DNA of 64,000 bases from the NCBI GenBank assembly GCA_951406725.2, contig OX597832.1:21886001-21950000 (forward strand), read 5' to 3'. A program made the translations under genes and the position numbers. The notes under the pieces are model-generated. The model saw nothing but the letters and a program-made list of their open reading frames with translations. It made no database searches and had not been told where the DNA came from. Numbering within the stretch: position 1 is the first letter of the stretch; each line of letters opens with the position of its first letter. Shown here piece after piece: positions 24,890 through 37,144 of the stretch. Origin of the DNA: Octopus vulgaris. Taxonomy: Eukaryota.

Positions 24890-25325
24890 TAAAGGACCTA
24901 CACAAACAAGGAATGCTATGTCATGAGCTGACAAAGCACATCCCTGGACCCTATCCCATGAACCTATATATTATCCAACTCTGGGTCCTAAGCCACAAGT
25001 CAACACATTACACAGTCTAGGACCCTGTGACATAAGCTGACACACTACCAAACCTTAAACCCTATGCCATGATTTGATACAGCACACACAACACCCGATC
25101 TAGGACACCGTCCCATAACCCAAAGCATTACAAAACCCAGGGTCTTGTGACATGAGCTGTCACAAAACACAATCTAGATCCCTATGCCCTTAACCCAAAG
25201 CATTATGAAACCCAGGGTCCTGGGATATGAAGCGTCACAAAACACAACCTAGATCCCTATGCTCAGAACTAACACATTATGCAACAACCCTGCATTCTAT
25301 GCCCTGAGCAGATACATCAAACTCT
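24890..25325 (+). repeat. Old ~37-38 bp minisatellite with ~75-bp dimer periodicity
   Basis: Recurring AGGACCCT(A/G)TG..AT.A.C units; 25125-25200 resembles 25195-25270. Confidence 0.6.
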
Positions 25326-26035
25326 GAAGAAACCCCTAAAATCTGAACAGTAGACACAACCAACAGCCAAGATTCCTCAAAGCAGCGCCCCAGCATGGCC
25401 ACAGTCTAATGTCTGAAACAAGTACAAGATAAATGATAAAGGATAAAGACAGATTATAATCATCTATCAAAGGTTTTCCGCTAATTTGTTCCAGACTCAG
25501 CTTAATTAATGAGAAGGTTAATTCACTAATTTCTCCATTATTTAAAAAATTAATTGAAATAAAGACAGCAAATGTTAACAGGAATATGGTAACAAAAGAC
25601 AAAGACATGACTGTGTGGTAAGAAGCTTGCTTCCCAATCACATGGTTCTGGGTTCAGTCACACTCTGTGGCACTTTGAGCAAGTGTCTTTTACTATGGCC
25701 TTGGGCTGTGATTTGTTTGGTTAAAATCCTTCAAGGCAGTGCTCCAGCATGACCACAGTCAAATGACAAAAAACAAAAGAAAAAAGGCGGGAGGTGGGGA
25801 TTAAGGTTTCTCTCGATCAACCCCTATATTTGCAGTCCTTTCCACTATAATGGCCTCAAGCCCTGTTTGGGACAAAAACGACAAAAAACGAAACAGATGC
25901 CATGAATTACATAACGAATATTAGTATACTTGTGTCAAAAGATAAAAAGAAAAAAAAAGAAGAAATTTTAAATACAAAATTACGCAACGAAGAAGAATGA
26001 AAGTTGGAAACCCCGGACCATTTTGAGGAATGCAA

Positions 26036-26183
26036 TGAAATAAATCAGCAACAAAAACTTGAAATAGAGAAAGAATCAATAAATGTCAAAAGTTGAAACA
26101 TTTTCCTTCCAGCAGTCATTTGGGTTATTATTAAATGTGTGAGAAAAAGAATAGGATGGAATTTGCTTTTGGCTGTTATTTAT

Positions 26184-26230
<47 letters not shown>

Positions 26231-26429
26231 CATACATACATACATACATATCTGAAATAAATCAGCAACAAAAACTTGAAATAGAGAAAGAATCAATAAA
26301 TGTCAAAAGTTGAAACATTTTCCTTCCAGCAGTCATTTGGGTTATTATTAAATGTGTGAGAAAAAGAATAGGATGGAATTTGCTTTTGGCTGTTATTTAT
26401 ATATATATATATACACATACATATCTGAA
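26036..26429 (+). repeat. Tandem duplication with 148-bp identical core
   Basis: 26036-26183 equals 26253-26400; each copy is followed by (TA)n(TACA)n. Confidence 0.92.
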
Positions 26430-27035
26430 TATATATAGATATGTATATATGAATATATATATGTATATATGTATATATGAATATATATATATATGAATAT
26501 ATATGAATATATATATATATGAATATATATGAATATATATATATGTATATATGAATATATATATATGTGAATATACGAATATTTATATATATATATATAT
26601 CTAGATATGAATAATTCCTTATATATGAATATACGCACGCACACACACACTAAAACACAAATATACATACATACTTACATTTGTACATATATATATTTAT
26701 ACAAACATATATACATACACATGCGTGCGTGCATGCATGCACGCACATACACACACATACGTGCAAAACCTGGAGAGTGTTTATAAATATTTGTAGGATG
26801 GAAAAACTTGGGGAAAAAAAAATTGAAAAGCATAGAGAGGAGAGAAAGAGAGAGTGTGACATGTAAATGTATGAATGCAGAGGAAAGATGTGGCCTCACC
26901 CCACCTCCGGTACTGAATTAAATAATTGATTTCCATTGTTTATAAAATATGACAAGGTCTGACAATGTGAAACACACACATTATACATACATATATGTCC
27001 AACCCATGCGAGCATGGAAGGTGGAAGTTAACATG

Positions 27036-27069
<34 letters not shown>

Positions 27070-27085
27070 CCCATATAATATACAT

Positions 27086-27515
27086 TTTACTCTCTTTTAC
27101 TCTTTTACTTGTTTCAGGCATTTGATTGTGGCCATGCTGGAGCACCGCCTTTTAGTCGAGCAAATCGAGCCCAGGACGTATTCTTTGTAAGCCTAGTACT
27201 TATTCTATCTGGCTCGTTTGCCGAACCACTAAGTTACAGGGATGTAAATACACCACCATCGGTTGTCAAGCGATGTTGGGGGGGGGGGGACAAACACAAA
27301 CACGCAAACATATACACACACATACATTTATGTATATATATATATATATACGACAGGCTTCTTTCAGTTTCCGTCAACCAAATCCACTCACAAGGCTTTG
27401 GTTGAGCCCAAGGCTATAGTAGAAGACACTTTGCCCAAGGTGTCACGCAGTGGAACTGAACCCGGAACTGTGTGGTTAGTAAGCAAGCTACTTACCACAC
27501 AGCTACTCCTGCGCC
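27086..27515 (-). mobile_element. SINE family A, full length
   Basis: Reverse complement of 37870-38281. Confidence 0.9.
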
Positions 27516-28114
27516 TATATATATATATATATATGCACATACATACACACAACATATCTCTATATATGATACATAAACACACATATGTACACACACACAT
27601 AAAATGCACCAAGTGACTTGTGAAGGTATGACCACTGCTGCAGGTCTCAGCACTCATGAGCTGGTCAAGCTGATGCGGTTGATACCCATTCTGAATATCT
27701 GCAAGTAAAACGTAGGCGGAGAAGGGACCCAACTTTTGGTGTGTGAAGCCTCATACCTCCCATCCAAGGGAAAGAACTGGGGTGTCAGGATTCTGACTGA
27801 ATGTTATAATATCCAACTAAAGACCCCTAGCAGGGACCAGGTGGATGTATAGCTATAGCGTTAAGGTTTGCCACCAATTAAGAGAGAATTAATGCTTGTA
27901 ACAGGGTAAACTCTACCCAAGACCTCACAAGACCAGGTGACAGTATTGTACCACAGGGTGTGAGAATGAAGCCTACCGCCTACCGTTACTCAAAGGATGG
28001 AACTGAGAAGTCTGGACCAAAGAAATGCTTCCAACGGATAGAACTCTACTAAAAGAAATTTCCAGATTATCTGAGATCTATTCCTGACAATTAAGTGAAT
28101 GGTGCTTCATAGAA

Positions 28115-28340
28115 TTAACAACCTTTTAGCATTTAAAATGGTCATGTCCAGCCAAAATATCCTACCTGGTTCTATGTTCAAACCAGTTAGATCCAGCTTG
28201 TACCTACCTTACAAGGTCATTCTAAAAATAAAGAACCACGTCATCGGAATCTGAAAGCTGTGAGTTAATGCATGATTAACTCAAAACAATGTGAATAGAT
28301 AAGTGTAACATTTGACAGAGTAACCTGAATGCTAGGAGGG
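28115..28340 (-). mobile_element. piggyBac-like MITE (family E), degenerate
   Basis: Reverse-complement similarity to 35605-35825; ends CCTTTTAGCATT / AATGCTAGGAGGG. Confidence 0.55.
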
Positions 28341-28427
28341 CAAAGCAGATTGTGCAAACCACAATAAAATGAATTTGAATGCAAGACCCATCAATAGGCA
28401 TCTTTTGAGATCGTTATTTATTTTATA

Positions 28428-28869
28428 GGCATAGGAGTGGCTGTGTGGTAAGTAGCTTGCTTACCAACCATATGGTTCCGGGTTCAGTCCCACTGCGTGA
28501 CACCTTGGGCAAGTGTCTTTCACTATAGCCTTGGGCCGACCAAAGCCTTGTGAGTGGATTTGGTAGACGGAAACTGAAAGAAGCCCGTCGTATATATTAT
28601 ATATGCATGTGTGTGTCTGTGTTTGTCCCCCCAACGTCGCTTGACAACCGATGCTTGTGTGTTTACGTCCCTGTAACTTAGCGGTTCAGCAAAAGAGACT
28701 GATAGAATAAGTACTAGGCTTCTTTCAGTTTCTGTCTACCAAATCCACTCACAAGGCTTTGGTCGGCCCGAAGCTATAGCAGAAGACACTTGCCCAAGGG
28801 TGCCACGCAGTGGGACTGAACCTGGAACCATGTGGTTAGTAAGCAAGCTACTTACCATACAGCTACTCC
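28428..28869. mobile_element. Two SINE-A copies fused in inverted orientation
   Basis: Plus copy 28428-28721, minus copy 28717-28869, joined at a shared GGCTT. Confidence 0.9.
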
Positions 28870-29325
28870 GGCACAAGGCCAGCAATTAAGGGGGAAGGGG
28901 TAAGTTAACTATCCCCACCCCCTCACCCATGCTCAACTGGTACTTATTTTATTAACTCTGAAAGGATTAAAGGCAAAGTTGACCTGGGAAACATTTAAAC
29001 TCAGAACGTAAAGACAGATGAAATGGTACTGTTTTGCCTGACATGCTAGTGATTCTGCCAGCACACTGCCTTAGATAACAACAACAACAACAACAATAAT
29101 AATAATAATAATCGTTTCAAATTATAGGCACAAGGCCTGAAATTTTGGGGGAGGGGGTAAGTTGATTACATTAACCCCAGTGCTAAATAGGTTCTTATTT
29201 CATTGACCCTGAAAGGATGAAAGGCTAAGTTGACCTCGGTGGAATTTGAACTCAGAATGTAGCGGTAGACGAAATACTGCTAAGCATTTTGCCTGGCATG
29301 CTAGCGTTACTACCAGCTCGCTGTC

Positions 29326-29360
<35 letters not shown>

Positions 29361-29540
29361 TCTTTCTACTGTTGGTAAAAAGCCTGAAATTTCGGGAGGA
29401 GAGGGATAGTCAATTATGTTGACCCCAGGATTCGACCGGTACTTATTTTGTGAAACCTAAGATAATGAAAGGCAAAGTCCACCTTGGCAGCCAAAATTTT
29501 GCTGAATGTGTTAACGATTCCATCAGTTCGTCACCTTACT
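28870..29540 (-). mobile_element. Three successive SINE family B copies separated by (AAT)n/(AAC)n
   Basis: Repeated GAAAGGCAAAGT...GAACTCAGAA...GCCAGC motifs. Confidence 0.8.
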
Positions 29541-29759
29541 ACTACCACTACTACTACTACTACTTATAATAATAATAATAATTTAAAACTTTGGTAGTTG
29601 ATCATAATTTGTGCGGAGGAGTGAAGGTGATTCAACAAACCCCAATACGTATCTGGTACTTGATGGAACTCAGAAGAAACAAAAAAAGTAATTTAAACGG
29701 AAACACAGTTAACACCCCAAGCAGGATTTGAACTTAGAATAGAGAGAACACAAGGTAAG

Positions 29760-29958
29760 ATTTCAGTCGAAGCCCTTAATTCTCTGAAGCCGAAATCCCT
29801 TGTGAAGAGTTTCATCATCCCATCTTTGCTTGAGGTCACTTCCAAAAATGTCAGACACTTCCTGTCTTTGAGAGGCAATCGGACAGACCTTAACGTTTCC
29901 AGTCTTTCTTTCAAGAAATCAATATCTTGTCTGAGCCATTGATCTGATAGAACGCTTG
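29760..29958 (-). pseudogene. Possible AP-endonuclease fragment of an RTE-type LINE
   Basis: ERLETLRSVRLPLKDRKCLTFLEVTSSKDGMMKLFTRDF resembles the ERLMxLRLPL...TxISxYAPT...F motif, judged by eye. Confidence 0.4.
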
Positions 29959-32250
29959 TAACAACAACAACAACAACAACGACAGCTACGACTACTACCA
30001 CCACTACTACTGCTGCTGCAGCTGCAGTGCCAGTTAGGGCGACTACTATTGCTGCAGCAAATAACTGCAATAACTGCAGCAGCAGTGATATCAACATGTG
30101 CAGCAATATCTGCAGCAGTAACAGCAGCATCTGTTGCAGTCACAACACTGCAATAACTGCACCCATGACTGCAGCAGTCGTGATAACTGCCACTGCAGCA
30201 ACAACAATTACACCTACAACTGCAGGAGCAACAAGAGTAACAGCAGCAGCTGCAGCAACAGTAACTGCAGCTGCAACAGTAACTATAGCAACAACAATAG
30301 CTGCAACAGCAACAATAACTTCAGCAATAGTAACAGCAGCAAAATGCATCAACAGCAGCAGCAACAGTAACTGCAGCTGCAAAATAACTGCATCAACATT
30401 AAATACAGCTGCAAAATAACTGCATCAACAGCAGCTGCTGCAGCAAAATAGCTGCATCAGCAACAGCAGCAAAATAACTGCATCAACAACAGCAGCAAAA
30501 TAACTGCGTCAACAACAACAGCAGCTGCAGCAGCAAAATAATTGCACCAACAGTAACAGCAGCAACAAAATAATTGCACCAACAGTAACAGCAGCTGCAG
30601 CAGCAGAATAATTGCACCAACAGTAACAGCAGCTGCAGCAGCAAAATAATTGCACCAACAGTAACAGCAGCTGCAGCATCAAAATAACTGCACCAACAGC
30701 AGCAGTAAAATAATTGCATCAACAGCAACAGTAACTGCAGCATCAAAATAACTGCATCAACAGTAACAGCAGCTGCAGCAGCAAAATAATTGCACCAACA
30801 GTAACAGCAGCAAAATAATTGCACCAACAGTAACAGCAGCTACAGCATCAAAATAACTGCATCAACAGTAACAGCAGCTGCAGCAGCAAAATAATTGCAC
30901 CAACAGTAACAGCAGCTGCAGCATCAAAATAATTGCACCAACAGTAACAGCAGCTGCAGCATCAAAATAACTGCATCAACAGTAACAGCAGCTGCAGCAT
31001 CAAAATAATTGCACCAACAGTAACAGCAGCTGCAGCAGCAAAATAATTGCACCAACAGTAACAGCAGCTGCAGCATCAAAATAATTGCACCAACAGTAAC
31101 AGCAGCTGCAGCAGCAAAATAATTGCACCAACAGTAACAGCAGCTGCAGCAGCAAAAATAATTGCACCAACAGTAACAGCAGCTGCAGCATCAAAATAAC
31201 TGCATCAACAGTAACAGCAGCTGCAGCAGCAAAATAATTGCACCAACAGTAACAGCAGCTGCAGCATCAAAATAATTGCACCAACAGTAACAGCAGCTGC
31301 AGCAGCAAAATAATTGCACCAACAGTAACAGCAGCTGCAGCATCAAAATAATTGCACCAACAGTAACAGCAGCTGCAGCAGCAAAATAATTGCACCAACA
31401 GTAACAGCAGCTGCAGCATCAAAATAACTGCATCAACAGTAACAGCAGCTGCAGCAGCAAAATAATTGCACCAACAGTAACAGCAGCTGCAGCATCAAAA
31501 TAACTGCATCAACAGTAACATCAGCTGCAGCAGCAAAATAATTGCACCAACAGTAACAGCAGCTGCAGTATCAAAATAACTGCATCAACAGTAACAGCAG
31601 CTGCAGCAGCAAAACAATTGCATCAATAGTAACAGCAGCTGCAGCAGCAAAATAATTGCAGCAACAGTAACTGCAGCAGCAAAATAATTGCACCAACAAT
31701 AACATCAGCAGCAAAATAACTGCATCAACAGGAACTGTAGCAGCAAAATAACTGCATCAACAACAACAACAGCAGCAAAATAACTGCATCAACAGTAACA
31801 GCAGCAAAATAACTGCATCAACAGCAACAGTAACTGCAGCAGCAACAGTAACAGTAGCAGCAGCAGCCGGCCAAGAATTTGGACCTGGAGATCTCCATTT
31901 ACAGCGACTTTGAGGGCCACCTCCCAGTGGTGTCGGGCGTCAACGCAGAGCCCTCGACTACAACAAGACGACCAAAGGTTTTTTTCCAAGGTCTTTGGTC
32001 TCCCGCCCCTAAGCCCTAGACCATCACCTAATCACTCTAACCCGTCTTGTTGCTTAACAACAACAACAACAACAACAGCATCAATAATAACTGCAGCAGC
32101 AATTGCAACTGCAGCATCAATAATAACTGCATCAGCAACAGTAACTGTATCAATAGCAACCACTGCAGGAGTCACAACAGCAATTTGTTGCAATGATGGT
32201 AACAACAGCAGCGATTGCAACAGCAACTGTCCTAAGCACAACAACAACAA
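29959..32250 (+). repeat. CAG/CAA-rich tract with a 38-bp minisatellite core (~30500-31700)
   Basis: Unit AAAATAA(T/C)TGCA(C/T)CAACAGTAACAGCAGCTGCAGCA(G/T)C, e.g. starting at 31002 and 31040. Confidence 0.95.
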
Positions 32251-32646
32251 GAAGTCTAGACAACTGTGGGCTATAATTCAAAAATCTGTCATGCGTTACA
32301 ATGTTACGGATCTGTGAACATTTCAAGCCATCTCGGTGTCTACTGGCAGAGAATTTTGGCAGGAATTTGGCTGCGACAGAATCTAATCTAATAACATCTA
32401 AAAACGAAGCTGTACAGGATTTAAGGATATTCTCTCAAGTGTAAAAACAATAATTGCAAAACGAAACTGAAGAATACAGGAATCTTAGACCCAGGAGGGA
32501 TTGACATGAAATACAATGGCTATACCCATGAGTATAAAATACACACACACACACAAAGTGCATACAAACACACAGGACATGATACACACACACACACACA
32601 TAGGCATTGTAGCATACTGTTTATTGAGGTGTAAATGCTTTGAAGA

Positions 32647-33385
32647 CGTGGCTGTGTGGTAAGAAGCTTGTTTCTCAACCACATGGTTCTGGGTTCAGTC
32701 CCACTGCATGGCGTCTCGGGCAAGTTTTCTTTTATTATAACCTTGGGCCGACCAAAGCCTTGTGAATGGATTTAATAGACGGGATGAAAGACCGAGGCCT
32801 CTGAGATATGCTGTGACTGCGAAGACCCGACAAATGGGTTCTGGGTTCAGTCCCACTGCATGGCGTTTCGGGCAAGTTTTCTTTTATTATAACCTTGGGC
32901 CGACCAAAGCCTTGTGAATGAATTTAATACATGGGACGAAAGACCGAGAACTCCTCTGAGATATGCTGTGACTGGGAAGACCCGGCAAATGAAGTGAGTT
33001 CATGGCTTGCAGGACGGCCTGCTGTGGTAACCTTGGATCGTAAAGTGACCCGCTGTGCTTGAGGAGACCTATTGAGTCAAGTACGTCAACATCAAAATAA
33101 AAATCAAATGGAAATTGTAGTTATGATACCTGTGCCGGTGGCACATAAAAAGCACCATCCGAATGTGGCTGACGCCACTGCCGCCTGACTGGCGTCTGTG
33201 TCGGTGACATGTAAAAACCACCAACTGATCGTGGACGTTTGCCAGCCTCCTCTGGTCCCTGTGCCACTGACACATAAAAAGCACCAACTACACTCATGGA
33301 GTGGTTGGTGTTAGGAAAGGCAACCAGCTGTAGAAACACTGCCAGATCAGACTGCAGCCTCCTGGCTTCCCAGACCCCGGTTGAA
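32647..33385 (+). mobile_element. SINE-A head fused to an RTE 3' end; junction tandemly duplicated
   Basis: 32685-32836 resembles 32837-32991; GAGATATGCTGTG matches the RYAV end of the RTE ORF at ~8420. Confidence 0.8.
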
Positions 33386-33414
33386 CAAAGGTGACTCAAT
33401 GAAGTTGCTCAACC

Positions 33415-34247
33415 TGCTAGAAATAGCAGCCAAAATTTCCTAAAATCACAATTTATCTTTATGAAGAAAAAAGACTGGTTTGTATTGTCTGCTAGAAATA
33501 GCAGCCAAAATTTCCTAAAATCACACCTTATCTTTATGAAGAAAAAAAAAACGGTTTGTATTGTCTGCAAGAAATAGCAGCTAAAATCACACTTTAACTT
33601 TATGAAAAAAAAAAAAGACCGGTGTGCATTGTCTGCTAGAAATAGCAGCTAAAATTTCCTAAAATCACACCTTAACTTTATGAAAAAAAAGACCGGTGTG
33701 CATTGTCTGCTAGAAATAGCAGCTAAAATTTCCTAAAATCACACTTTATCTTTATGAAGAAAAAAAAAACCGGTTTGTATTGTCTGCTTGAAATAGCAGC
33801 CAAAATTTCCTAAAATCACACCTTAACTTTATGAAAAAAAAAAGACCGGTGTGCATTGTCTGCTAGAAATAGCAGCTAAAATTTCCTAAAATCACACCTT
33901 AACTTTATGAAAAAAAAAAAACGGTGTGCATTGTCTGCTAGAAATAGCAGCTAAAATTTCCTAAAATCACACCTTAACTTTATGAAAAAAAAAAACGGGT
34001 GTGCATTGTCTGCTAGAAATAGCATCTAAAATTTCCTAAAATCACACCATAACTTTATGAAAAAAAAAAGACTGGTGTGCATTGTCTGCTAGAAATAGCA
34101 GCCAAAATTTCCTAAAATCACACCATAACTTTATGAAAAAAAAAGACTGGTGTGCATTGTCTGCTAGAAATAGCAGCCAAAATTTCCTAAAATCACACCA
34201 TATCTTTATGAAAAAACAAACAAAAAAAAAAAACGGTTTGCATTGTC
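33415..34247 (+). repeat. ~75-bp tandem satellite, 11 units, variable poly(A)
   Basis: Unit starts at 33415, 33490, 33566, 33634, 33708, 33785, 33861, 33936, 34011, 34087, 34162. Confidence 0.95.
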
Positions 34248-34621
34248 TTATATGTTATGCCTGAAAATAAAGAAAGAATTGTCATAATTGGGACAGCATT
34301 GATTGAAGCGTCTTTGAGTAGTTCAAGCAGCAGATGGCATCAAAAACTGGTCAAATATTAATGCCAGATTCACAATGGTCAAGCTTTCCAAGAACATGGC
34401 TTACTGGAGGGTGTGGCAATAATCTGAAAGAAATGGTGAAGATGACCAGTATGGTGTATCCTGCCCCAAGAAGCATCTCATATAAGTTTCATTAGCATGC
34501 TTAGTGCCAAGAATTGACGACAAATTATGCGACAGGTTCACAATGGAATGGAATAAGTAAAAGAAGAATGGTTTGGTCAGTACAAGACTGACCGAACAGG
34601 TCAAACACGATGCCGACTTAC

Positions 34622-34706
34622 CAAGGTTCTTTTTCTCTTCCCATTCTTCTAGCAGTTCCGTCACGATGAAAGCAAATACAGATGTTCGATGTTTCTTGTC
34701 GTTGTT
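34622..34706 (-). CDS. NUDT3: Internal coding exon of diphosphoinositol-polyphosphate phosphohydrolase (Nudix DIPP, NUDT3/NUDT4-like)
   Basis: Acceptor ...TTTATTCATATTTTCCAG|, donor |GTAAGT; 85 nt, phase 0/1, encoding NNDKKHRTSVFAFIVTELLEEWEEKKNL(G); aligns to human NUDT3 NQERKHRTYVYVLIVTEVLEDWEDSVNIG as recalled from memory. Confidence 0.9.
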
Positions 34707-34794
34707 CTGGAAAATATGAATAAACGGAGAAAAACATAAATACACGAATAGTAAAAACGTCAAAAAATAAAATAAAAACATACATCAACAAATG

Positions 34795-35487
34795 TGTGAC
34801 TGTGTGGTAAGAAGCTTGCTTCCCAACCACATGGTTCCAGGTTCAGTCCCACTACGTGGCACCTAGATCATGTGTCTTCTACTATAGCCTCGGGCTGACC
34901 AAAATCTAATGAGTGGATTTGGGAGATGGAAACTGTAAGAAACCTGTTGTATGTATGTATCATCATCATCATTGTTTAATGTCCGCTTTCCATGCTAGCA
35001 TAGGTTGAACTATTTGACTGAGGACTGGCGAACCAGATGGCTGCACCAGGCTCCAATCTTGATTAGGCATGCTTTCTACAGCCAGATGCCCTTCCTAACA
35101 CCAACCACTCTGAGAGTGTAGTGGGTGCTTTTACATGCCACCGGCACGAGGGCCAGTCAGGTGGTACTGGCAATGGTCACAGAAAATCATGTTTATTTTT
35201 TTTTTATGTGTCACCTGCACACCGGCACAAGTGCCAGTAAGGCGACGCTATGTATATATCTATGAGTGTGCGTGTCTTTGTGTCTATGTTTGTCCCTCCA
35301 CCACTGCCTGACAACCAGTGTTGGCATTGTTGCATCCTTGTGACTTAGCAGTTTAGCAAAAGAGAGCAACAGAATAGGCACCAGGCTTAAAAAATAAGTG
35401 CAGGGGTCGAATCATTTGACTAAAACTTCAAGGCGGTGCCCCAGCATGGCCGCAGTCTAACGACTGATACAAGCAGAAAATAAAAGA
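34795..35487 (+). mobile_element. SINE-A split by an inverted RTE 3' UTR insertion (34960-35250)
   Basis: SINE 5' half, then (CAT)n-led family C on the minus strand, then SINE 3' half. Confidence 0.8.
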
Positions 35488-35604
35488 TACGATATAGTAG
35501 GGACCAGCAACGAAGTCAGAGGGAGCAATGGTGGAATGATTAAAAGACTAAAGACATCAGTGATTAAAATGAAATAAGATGAGAAGAAAATAGCATCGTC
35601 TTAA

Positions 35605-35825
35605 CCATTCGGCATTCAGATTACTCTGTCAAATGTAAGGCTTATTTAGTCACATTATTTTCAATGAAACATGTATTAACTTGTAGCTCTGAGATTTCAA
35701 AGATGTGAGTGTATATATTTAGAATGACATTGTAGGGTAAGCACGAGAGGCCTGATCTGGCCAATTTGAACATAAAACAGGTGAAATATTTGGGCCAAAA
35801 TACGGCCGTTTTGAAAACTAAAGGC
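35605..35825 (+). mobile_element. piggyBac-like MITE (family E) with TTAA TSD
   Basis: TTAA at 35601-35604 and 35826-35829; degenerate TIRs CCATTCGGCATTC / GAAAACTAAAGGC; second copy at 28115-28340. Confidence 0.6.
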
Positions 35826-36020
35826 TTAAGGTCTACTGTCTCTCGTACTTGTATGGATTAGAATTCATTGTGGCACAGGTTTTTCTATAGTTATTGGATG
35901 CCATAGAAAAATCTGGTTGTCAGCTCTTACCAATATTTTCCCAGAACAGGACATGTTTTCATGGAAGATTGGAAACAAAAATCACAGGTGGTGTTCTTTG
36001 ATAACTATGACATAATCCTT

Positions 36021-36072
<52 letters not shown>

Positions 36073-37069
36073 CACATACATATATATATATACATACATA
36101 TATACACACACACATATATATATATACACACACATATATATATATATGTATTTGCTCCCTAGTGCCAAAGAGGTGTTGTTGCAAAAACTTGGTGATTGCT
36201 CAGTCAGCTGTGCCCAAATTGTCAGCAGCTCCAAACAGCCACACCCATTGTCTCATTTATGTCACACTCATGTGTAGGAAAGGCATGAACATCACTACAA
36301 CACCACAGACCATCGACAACAAGCGATATTGTTTCGCTTCTCTTTATTAATCATCATCATCATCTTCGTTTTCAACATCATCATCATCATCATCCTCATC
36401 ACCATCATTACCATCAAAATGAAATGCCAAATGTCATAGCCATTAGCAGTATTGTTTTTAATGTGATTAGCACAGCAGGCAAATTTTGCAATTAGTAAAA
36501 ATTAATTATCTGGAGTGTAGTAATTGGAAGCCATAACACAATTTCTACTATTCTGTTTTGATGACATCATGTCTCGTACCCCCCTCACATCCACACACAC
36601 ACTGCAAATAACAATGACAACAATACAACAACAAAAACAACAACACCGAACCAAGTGCAGGGATGGGGATGGGGTTCAGAAGGCTTTGGTTTGCCCAGGG
36701 CTATATAGTAGAACACTCTTGCCCAAGGTGCCACACAGTGAGACTGAACCCAGGACCACGTGGTTGGGGAGCAAGCTTCTTACCACCCAGCCATGACTAC
36801 AACTTATTCATAAAACATGGTGTTTGAACACTTGTCCTCTCTGTTGTTTAAACATCTCTGTTTGCAATGCTTGCATGGGTCGGATGGATTGTTGAGGCAG
36901 ATTTTCTACAGCTGGATGCCCTCCCTATCACCAACCCTCACCTGTTTCCAAGCTAAAAAAAAATATTTCCCCAAGGCCAGACATGTTTACACGGAACATT
37001 GGTAACAAATTGCATGACATACGACAGCGACACTTGTTTACGACTCATGGGATGTCAAGACAAGGAGAC

Positions 37070-37105
<36 letters not shown>

Positions 37106-37144
37106 CAGCATTGTGTACAGATTTGTGAGTATTAAATCTACAAT

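Noticed and set aside
27741-28080. LTR or HDV-like ribozyme in a complex unique segment
   Set aside because: Could not fit the nested double pseudoknot, or find TG...CA/TSD or a second copy
29959-32250. Poly-Q/poly-A coding exon
   Set aside because: 38-bp period breaks frame and TAA stops recur in every unit
34401-34781. 126-aa ORF as a whole gene
   Set aside because: Only the 85-nt part between canonical splice sites resembles a protein; the rest is intron read-through
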